The notes under the pieces are model-generated. The model was not told the origin of the DNA. It was given only the letters and a program-made list of their open reading frames with translations, and searched no databases. DNA of 64,000 bases from Bacteroidota bacterium. Lineage in GTDB: Bacteria; Bacteroidota; Bacteroidia; Bacteroidales; VadinHA17. The stretch lies in assembly GCA_022561875.1 (NCBI GenBank), contig JADFQJ010000007.1:3482-67481 (forward strand), read 5' to 3'. Shown here piece by piece: positions 58,807 through 64,000 of this stretch. Each line of letters begins with the position of its first letter. The first letter of the stretch is position 1. A program made the position numbers and the translations under genes.

Positions 58807-61038
58807 ATGAATTTCTCTCCTCAGAAAATACCGGTGGAAAAACAGATCATCCTGAAGTTACTTGATTGTAAACCGGGGAGTAATGCGTTTAAGATTGTCG
58901 ATTCTGTTTATGAAGCGGTACTGAATAAGGCATATGCTTTAGCCCAACCCAGGGGGATTATTAAAACAGGAAAAATCCCAGAGGGTATTAATCTTAGGAA
59001 AAAGGAAAATTTCCGGAATGGAATATTCTGTCTTGCAACTTTGGGTAACCGGATATCCAAGAAGTCTTCATCCTTATTCTCTTCCGGTGAATATATTGAA
59101 GGATTACTGCTCGATACTATTGCCGACCAGATGCTTGTTAACCTTACAACCTTGATGTACCGGGAAATAATTATACCCTTTGTAAGGATAAGAGAAGTTG
59201 GTCTTAGTTACCGCTATATCCCAGGGAGTCAGGGCGTTCCAATGGAATATCAAAAACATATCCTGAACCTGGTTGGATTAGAAGCTAAAGCTGAAATATC
59301 TATTACAGAAGGAATGATGCTTAACCCGGTTAAATCAACTGCATATTTTTATGTTATGGACAGATCAATGCCCAGGAGGAAAATCGACCGTGACTGCAGG
59401 AGATGTGATATGAAAGATTGTAAATACAGGAGTATTTCATGTGCAGAAATTACAATTGTAGCAGGTGAGAAAAAGAAAAAAGTCATCCTTCTGAAAGAGA
59501 TGACCTTATTGGAAGGGTTACGTGAACAAGGATGGGGAGTGGAAGCACATTGCAACGGGGCAGGTTATTGTGGAAAATGTAAAGTTTTACTTTCGGGAGA
59601 GGCGCCCGGACCGGGATCGAATGAAAAAGAGGTGATTTCACAAAAGGAATTACAAAAAGGAACCAGGCTTGCATGCAGAGTAAATCCCGTTGATGGAATG
59701 ATTATCCATCTGCCGGAAAAAGCTACCGCCGGTTTTCAGATTGAACAGGGTTATAAATACCGAAAGGATAGCAGGAGGAGCGAATTGCTTGTGAGATCAG
59801 ATTCTGCATTGTATATAAAAGAAAAGGATAGAGGTACTGCCTGTGGACTTGCTGTTGATATTGGTACTACGACCGTAGTAATTGTACTGGTTAACCTGAT
59901 AACAGGAAAAACGATCGGAACATCTTCATTCCTTAATCCTCAAAGGGAGTATGGAGATGATGTCATAACCCGGATTCAATTTACTTCGACCAAAAATACG
60001 GATATTTTAACCAAACTGATAAGGGAGTCATTATCCAGGGCAATTAAAGAGCTGTCTCATATAAATAAAATTAGAGCAGAACAAATACAAAAATTAACTG
60101 TGGCAGGAAATACCACTATGATCCATCTGTTTCTTGGATTGCCGGTCAAATCACTCGCTGTAAGCCCCTTTACCCCTGTTTCCCTCGATCCTGTTATTTC
60201 ACCGGCAGAGAATTTTCTCAAAGATTGTTTTTTATCTGCTGAAATGCGGATATTTCCGGGTGTATCTGCATATATCGGTCCTGATATAGTATCAGGTATA
60301 TATAATAGAAGTTTTGAATGTCTGGATGAGGTTACTTTGTTTATCGATATGGGGACTAACGGAGAGATTGTTATAGGTGACAGGGAGAAGATCCTTTGTG
60401 CTGCAACTGCAGCAGGACCGGCTTTTGAGGGGGCACGTATCAGTTGTGGAGTGGGAAGTATTACAGGAGCCATATCTTTTGCAGGTATCAGAAAAGGCAA
60501 AGTATGGTATAGTACCATTGGACAACAACCAGCTGTAGGATTATGTGGTTCCGGACTGGTTGACCTGGTGGCTGCTTGTCTTGATACCGGAATAATCAAC
60601 GGTACCGGGTTAATGAAACCTGAATATTTTGAAGAAGGCTTATTGATAGGTACGGATGCAAATGGTAGTGAAATGCGATTGACACAAAAGGATATTCGTG
60701 AGCTGCAGCTTGCAAAATCAGCTATCCGGGCTGGATTAGAGATATTGATCAAAGAATTTGATGTGACATACAATGATATTGGAAAGGTTTACCTGGCAGG
60801 GGGGTTTGGCAATAATATAAATGCTGATAGTGCGGTGAGAATTGGGTTGTTACCTGAAAAGCTTAAGGGATGTATCGAGTTGGCAGCCAACAGTTCATTA
60901 GGTGGAGCAGTGGATTATCTTTTTCATAAAGAGGCAGAAGACAAAATAGCAATGGTGCTTGATAAGGTCCGTTATATAGAATTATCATCTAATCAGGATT
61001 TTAATGATTATTTTGCTGAGTACATGTTGTTTCGCTAA
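58807..61038 (+). CDS. corrinoid reductive activase (RACo/RamA-like): MetH-activation-like domain + 2Fe-2S ferredoxin + ASKHA ATPase (DUF4445)
   Basis: 743 aa. N-terminal region ending YIPGSQGVPMEYQKHILNLV...LNPVKSTAYF (B12-dependent methionine synthase activation-domain pattern). CNGAGYCGKCKV...LACRV 2Fe-2S motif. ASKHA motifs AVDIGTTTV, VAGNTTM, DMGTNGE, AAGPAFEG. Confidence 0.8.
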   Translation: MNFSPQKIPVEKQIILKLLDCKPGSNAFKIVDSVYEAVLNKAYALAQPRGIIKTGKIPEGINLRKKENFRNGIFCLATLGNRISKKSSSLFSSGEYIEGLLLDTIADQMLVNLTTLMYREIIIPFVRIREVGLSYRYIPGSQGVPMEYQKHILNLVGLEAKAEISITEGMMLNPVKSTAYFYVMDRSMPRRKIDRDCRRCDMKDCKYRSISCAEITIVAGEKKKKVILLKEMTLLEGLREQGWGVEAHCNGAGYCGKCKVLLSGEAPGPGSNEKEVISQKELQKGTRLACRVNPVDGMIIHLPEKATAGFQIEQGYKYRKDSRRSELLVRSDSALYIKEKDRGTACGLAVDIGTTTVVIVLVNLITGKTIGTSSFLNPQREYGDDVITRIQFTSTKNTDILTKLIRESLSRAIKELSHINKIRAEQIQKLTVAGNTTMIHLFLGLPVKSLAVSPFTPVSLDPVISPAENFLKDCFLSAEMRIFPGVSAYIGPDIVSGIYNRSFECLDEVTLFIDMGTNGEIVIGDREKILCAATAAGPAFEGARISCGVGSITGAISFAGIRKGKVWYSTIGQQPAVGLCGSGLVDLVAACLDTGIINGTGLMKPEYFEEGLLIGTDANGSEMRLTQKDIRELQLAKSAIRAGLEILIKEFDVTYNDIGKVYLAGGFGNNINADSAVRIGLLPEKLKGCIELAANSSLGGAVDYLFHKEAEDKIAMVLDKVRYIELSSNQDFNDYFAEYMLFR

Positions 61039-61137
61039 CCGGTATTAAATGTCTGTTTAATAATTCACAGGTTACAGCGCTTTTGTTTGTAAATTTCCAG
61101 GGTAAATTGGCACATCTGATTATTTTCTTTTTCGTTT

Positions 61138-62319
61138 TTATAGATTATCTGAGTACAATGCCCGTGGCAGATCCCGAAGGTTGTACCGTGATGCCATTGT
61201 TTCTCCATAAGCTCCTGCAGAACGGATACAAAGCAAATCGTTTCTGTTGGTTTCAGGTAGTAAGATATATTTACCAAAAGTATCTGACGATTCGCAGATT
61301 GGTCCGACAATGGTATAATATTCCTGCTTTCCGGTTGATGTAAAATTTTCTATTTTGTGATATGCCTGGTAAAGTGCAGGCCGGATGAGATCAGTCATAC
61401 CCGCATCTACAATAGCAAACTTGGTGTTTATTCCTTTCTTTATATATAATACTTTGGTTATCAGGCTTCCACATTGTGCAACCAGGGAACGCCCTAATTC
61501 AAAATGCACCTTTTGTCCGGGACCAATATCGAGAAACCTGTTGAATAATTTGAAATAATTTGGGAAATCACTAACCGGATGATTATCCGGATCGTTATAA
61601 TCTACTCCAAACCCTCCGCCAACATTTATATGGTTAACTATTATCTGATGGTTATGGAACCATTCCTGTATTTGGTTCACACGTATGCATAATCGTTTAA
61701 ATGTATTCAGATCGGTAATCTGAGAGCCAATATGAAAGTGCAGCCCTACAAATTTGAGATTAGGACAAAGTGCTAACGTATCCATTATTATTTCTAATTC
61801 CCCCGGGTGGATACCGAATTTATTTTCTTCCACTCCTGTTGTTATATATTCATGTGCTCCTGCCCGGAAATTCGGATTGATCCGTAGAGCAATATTTACT
61901 GTTTTGCCTGCTTTCCCGGCAAGTGAATTAATTACTTTTATTTCGGCAATAGATTCACAATTAAAGCAAAATATGTTTGTTTCCATTGCTAATTCAATCT
62001 CCCAGTCAGTTTTTCCAACACCCGCGTAAACAATTCCTTCAGGATCAAACCCTATTTCAATTACTTTTTTTATCTCATTACCACTAACACAATCGGCATC
62101 AATTCCATGGTGCCTGATAATCTTTAATATCCGGTCGTTTGCATTGGCTTTTACCGCGTAATGGATAATAAAATTATATTTATCAGCTTCTTTTTTTGCT
62201 GTTGCCAGAGTATGATTCAACAGATCAAGATCATAATAATAAAAAGGAGTCCTTTCTTTTTGTATAGGTTCAGGTATTTTGAATTTTGCTATGCTGTCCA
62301 TTTTATTTTGTAATTTCAA
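61138..62319 (-). CDS. lysA: diaminopimelate decarboxylase
   Basis: 393 aa (start may be Met at 62301). PLP lysine motif YAVKAN, HIGSQ, GGGFG, ESSD. Confidence 0.9.
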   Translation of the reverse strand: MKLQNKMDSIAKFKIPEPIQKERTPFYYYDLDLLNHTLATAKKEADKYNFIIHYAVKANANDRILKIIRHHGIDADCVSGNEIKKVIEIGFDPEGIVYAGVGKTDWEIELAMETNIFCFNCESIAEIKVINSLAGKAGKTVNIALRINPNFRAGAHEYITTGVEENKFGIHPGELEIIMDTLALCPNLKFVGLHFHIGSQITDLNTFKRLCIRVNQIQEWFHNHQIIVNHINVGGGFGVDYNDPDNHPVSDFPNYFKLFNRFLDIGPGQKVHFELGRSLVAQCGSLITKVLYIKKGINTKFAIVDAGMTDLIRPALYQAYHKIENFTSTGKQEYYTIVGPICESSDTFGKYILLPETNRNDLLCIRSAGAYGETMASRYNLRDLPRALYSDNL

Positions 62320-63625
62320 ATAGTTCCTTATTCAATAAATTAAGCGCTTTTATTTTGTAATCGCTTTTTACCAGTACCGAAATATTATGTGAACTTCCAC
62401 CATATGAGATCATTCTCAGGGGAATTTCGCGAATTGCTTCCAATATCTTTACCGCTACGCCATTTTTTTCAGCAATAAAATCACCCACTATACAAATGAT
62501 TGAATTATCATAAACAATTTCTACAATACCAAATTTTTCCAGTTCCTTTTTTATCTCTTCCAGATGTTCAGTATTGTCAATAGTTAGTGAAACAGTAACT
62601 TCCGAAGTTGCGATCATGTCGATAGGGGTCCGATAGATCTCGAACACCTCGAATATTTTTCTTAAGAATCCATATGCAAGCAGCATACGGGCCGATATTA
62701 TTTTAATTGCAGTAATCCTGTCCTTTGCCGCGACTGCTTTAATTCCGTTAAGTGTAATTTGATTGGTAATAATAGTACCGGGATCATCAGGGTTCATGAA
62801 ATTTTTTAGGCGTACCGGGATATTTGATTCTTTGCATGGCTGAATGCTGTTAGGATGGAGTATCTTCGCACCGAAATATGCAAGCTCAGCAGCTTCGTTA
62901 AATGAAAGCTCTCTCAATATGCGGGTTTCAGTAACGTACCTGGGATCATTGTTCTGAAAACCATTGATATCAGTCCATATCTGTATTTCCTCCGAGTGGA
63001 TAGCTGCTCCAATAAGCGAAGCTGAATAATCACTTCCTCCACGTTTCAGATTATCTACCGCACCATATGCGTTCCGGCAAATATAACCTTGTGTAATAAT
63101 GACCTGGTTTTTTTTGTGTTTTATTAATTCCCGGTTCAGGTTTTCCTTTATATAGAAATTATCAGGTTCCCCTTCTTTATCAATGCGCATGAAACTGAGA
63201 GCGGATAAAAGACCTGAATTGATTCCCTGTTCTTTCAGCATTTGGTGGAATAGGACTGAAGTGATAAGTTCTCCCTGTGCAAGAATGGCTTTTTCCTGGA
63301 GCTTGGTGAGAACTTCCTGTGTGAATCCCAGTATATCTTGAAAGTGATCTTCAATCAACTTTATACCGGTATCAATATATACCTGGCTATCAAATAGTTC
63401 TTCGGCAGTATGTTTGTAATGATCCTCCAGTTCACAGATCTTTTTCTTTGCTTCCATTTTCCTGTTCTGATTAAGCAAATTGATTATTTCAACAAGAGTA
63501 TCTGTTGTTCCTGACATAGCAGAAAGTACTACAATAATCTGCTTCTCAGATGTTATCAAAGGTATAAGGGCTTTCATTCTTGATGAAGAGCCCAATGAAG
63601 TTCCGCCGAATTTTAAGACTTTCAT
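62303..63625 (-). CDS. lysC: aspartate kinase (monofunctional, with C-terminal ACT domains)
   Basis: 440 aa. MKVLKFGGTSLGS N-terminus, GGSDYSA motif, two ACT-like repeats. Confidence 0.9.
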   Translation of the reverse strand: MKVLKFGGTSLGSSSRMKALIPLITSEKQIIVVLSAMSGTTDTLVEIINLLNQNRKMEAKKKICELEDHYKHTAEELFDSQVYIDTGIKLIEDHFQDILGFTQEVLTKLQEKAILAQGELITSVLFHQMLKEQGINSGLLSALSFMRIDKEGEPDNFYIKENLNRELIKHKKNQVIITQGYICRNAYGAVDNLKRGGSDYSASLIGAAIHSEEIQIWTDINGFQNNDPRYVTETRILRELSFNEAAELAYFGAKILHPNSIQPCKESNIPVRLKNFMNPDDPGTIITNQITLNGIKAVAAKDRITAIKIISARMLLAYGFLRKIFEVFEIYRTPIDMIATSEVTVSLTIDNTEHLEEIKKELEKFGIVEIVYDNSIICIVGDFIAEKNGVAVKILEAIREIPLRMISYGGSSHNISVLVKSDYKIKALNLLNKELFEITK

Positions 63626-63649
63626 TTTTCAGGTTAATAGATTAGTAAG

Positions 63650-63676
63650 AAAAAAAAGCCTGCAGAAATTGCAGGC
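63650..63676 (-). terminator. terminator-like hairpin inside the lysC leader (candidate attenuator)
   Basis: Minus strand GCCTGCA atttc TGCAGGC followed by TTTTTTTT, ending about 25 nt upstream of the lysC ATG. Confidence 0.6.
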
Positions 63677-63939
63677 CCGGATACAAATTTTTGCCTTTTT
63701 TCTGTTGCTTCTGTCAGAAAATAATACGTTTCATCATAAATTTATAATTATGTCTGAAATACAATGCCATCTGTATAAGATTTCGATTTAGCTGGTAAAA
63801 ATATAAAAAAGATCATATAATTAATTAAAGAAATTTAATATTTTTGTATCCCATAAAAGAAAGTATGAATTATGAGTGATGAATGATGAAAAAAGAGATG
63901 CTTGAAATTTCTTTAAAACTTCATACATAATCCTTCAAC

Positions 63940-64000
63940 CACAGTGAAATATGCTCCTTCCCCAGTGAAATACTTTCGTACCTCAAATTTCACGGGGCAA
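63940..64000. repeat. GTGAAAT-arm structured repeat element, copy truncated by the window end
   Basis: caCAGTGAAATATGCtccttccccaGTGAAATActttcgtacctcaAATTTCACggggcaa. The inner hairpin is nearly identical to that of the 18226 copy. Confidence 0.8.

Noticed and set aside
60057-60773. 238-aa minus-strand ORF
   Set aside because: It is antisense to the ASKHA domain of the corrinoid activase. It has no motifs and low-complexity composition.
63626-63850. Lysine riboswitch (L-box) upstream of lysC
   Set aside because: I could not find the conserved L-box core elements on the minus strand by eye. Only the terminator-like hairpin is supportable. A covariance-model scan is needed.
1-64000. tRNA, rRNA, tmRNA, transposase/integrase or prophage genes
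   Set aside because: Scanning spacers on both strands found no tRNA-like T-arm/acceptor patterns and no rRNA-like stretches. No ORF has recombinase or transposase motifs.

Overview
AT-rich chromosomal window that looks Bacteroidota-like. Supporting signs are a FeoA-FeoB fusion, a long NusB, a long signal peptidase I, TAnnTTTG-type promoter boxes, almost no Shine-Dalgarno sequences, and the nusB-yajC-ybbR-coaE and thrS-infC-rpmI-rplT gene orders. About 53 protein genes are supportable, and most are housekeeping. They cover cell division and envelope (ftsK, lolA-like, lepB), translation (proS, thrS, infC, rpmI, rplT, tilS), and biosynthesis (purC, coaE, dapB, lysA, lysC). They also cover iron uptake (feoAB), nucleotide and stress functions (mazG, phoH), and catabolism (carbamate kinase plus ornithine carbamoyltransferase). 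I found no rRNA, tRNA, CRISPR array, transposase or integrase. Five things stand out.

1. About half of the intergenic spacers are assembled from one shared vocabulary of short-period (mostly 7-nt) repeat words. Several arrays abut start or stop codons.
2. A structured repeat family built on GTGAAAT/ATTTCAC hairpin arms occurs in at least four clear copies, one apparently nested.
3. Two tandem paralogous exported proteins have extreme Tyr-rich cores and Ser/Arg-rich basic tails. They carry rare AGGAGG ribosome-binding sites and are followed by a FadL-like outer-membrane barrel.
4. Pieces of cofactor systems occur without their usual partners: larB/larC next to a Tat-DUF362/polyferredoxin pair, a non-pyrrolysine MttB-family methyltransferase, and a corrinoid reductive-activase fusion.
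5. A somewhat GC-richer segment holds an XRE regulator, a C69 peptidase and a type II pantothenate-kinase-like gene as an apparent operon, next to a decayed sulfatase gene.

All functional calls rest on motif and family recognition by eye. No database search was run.
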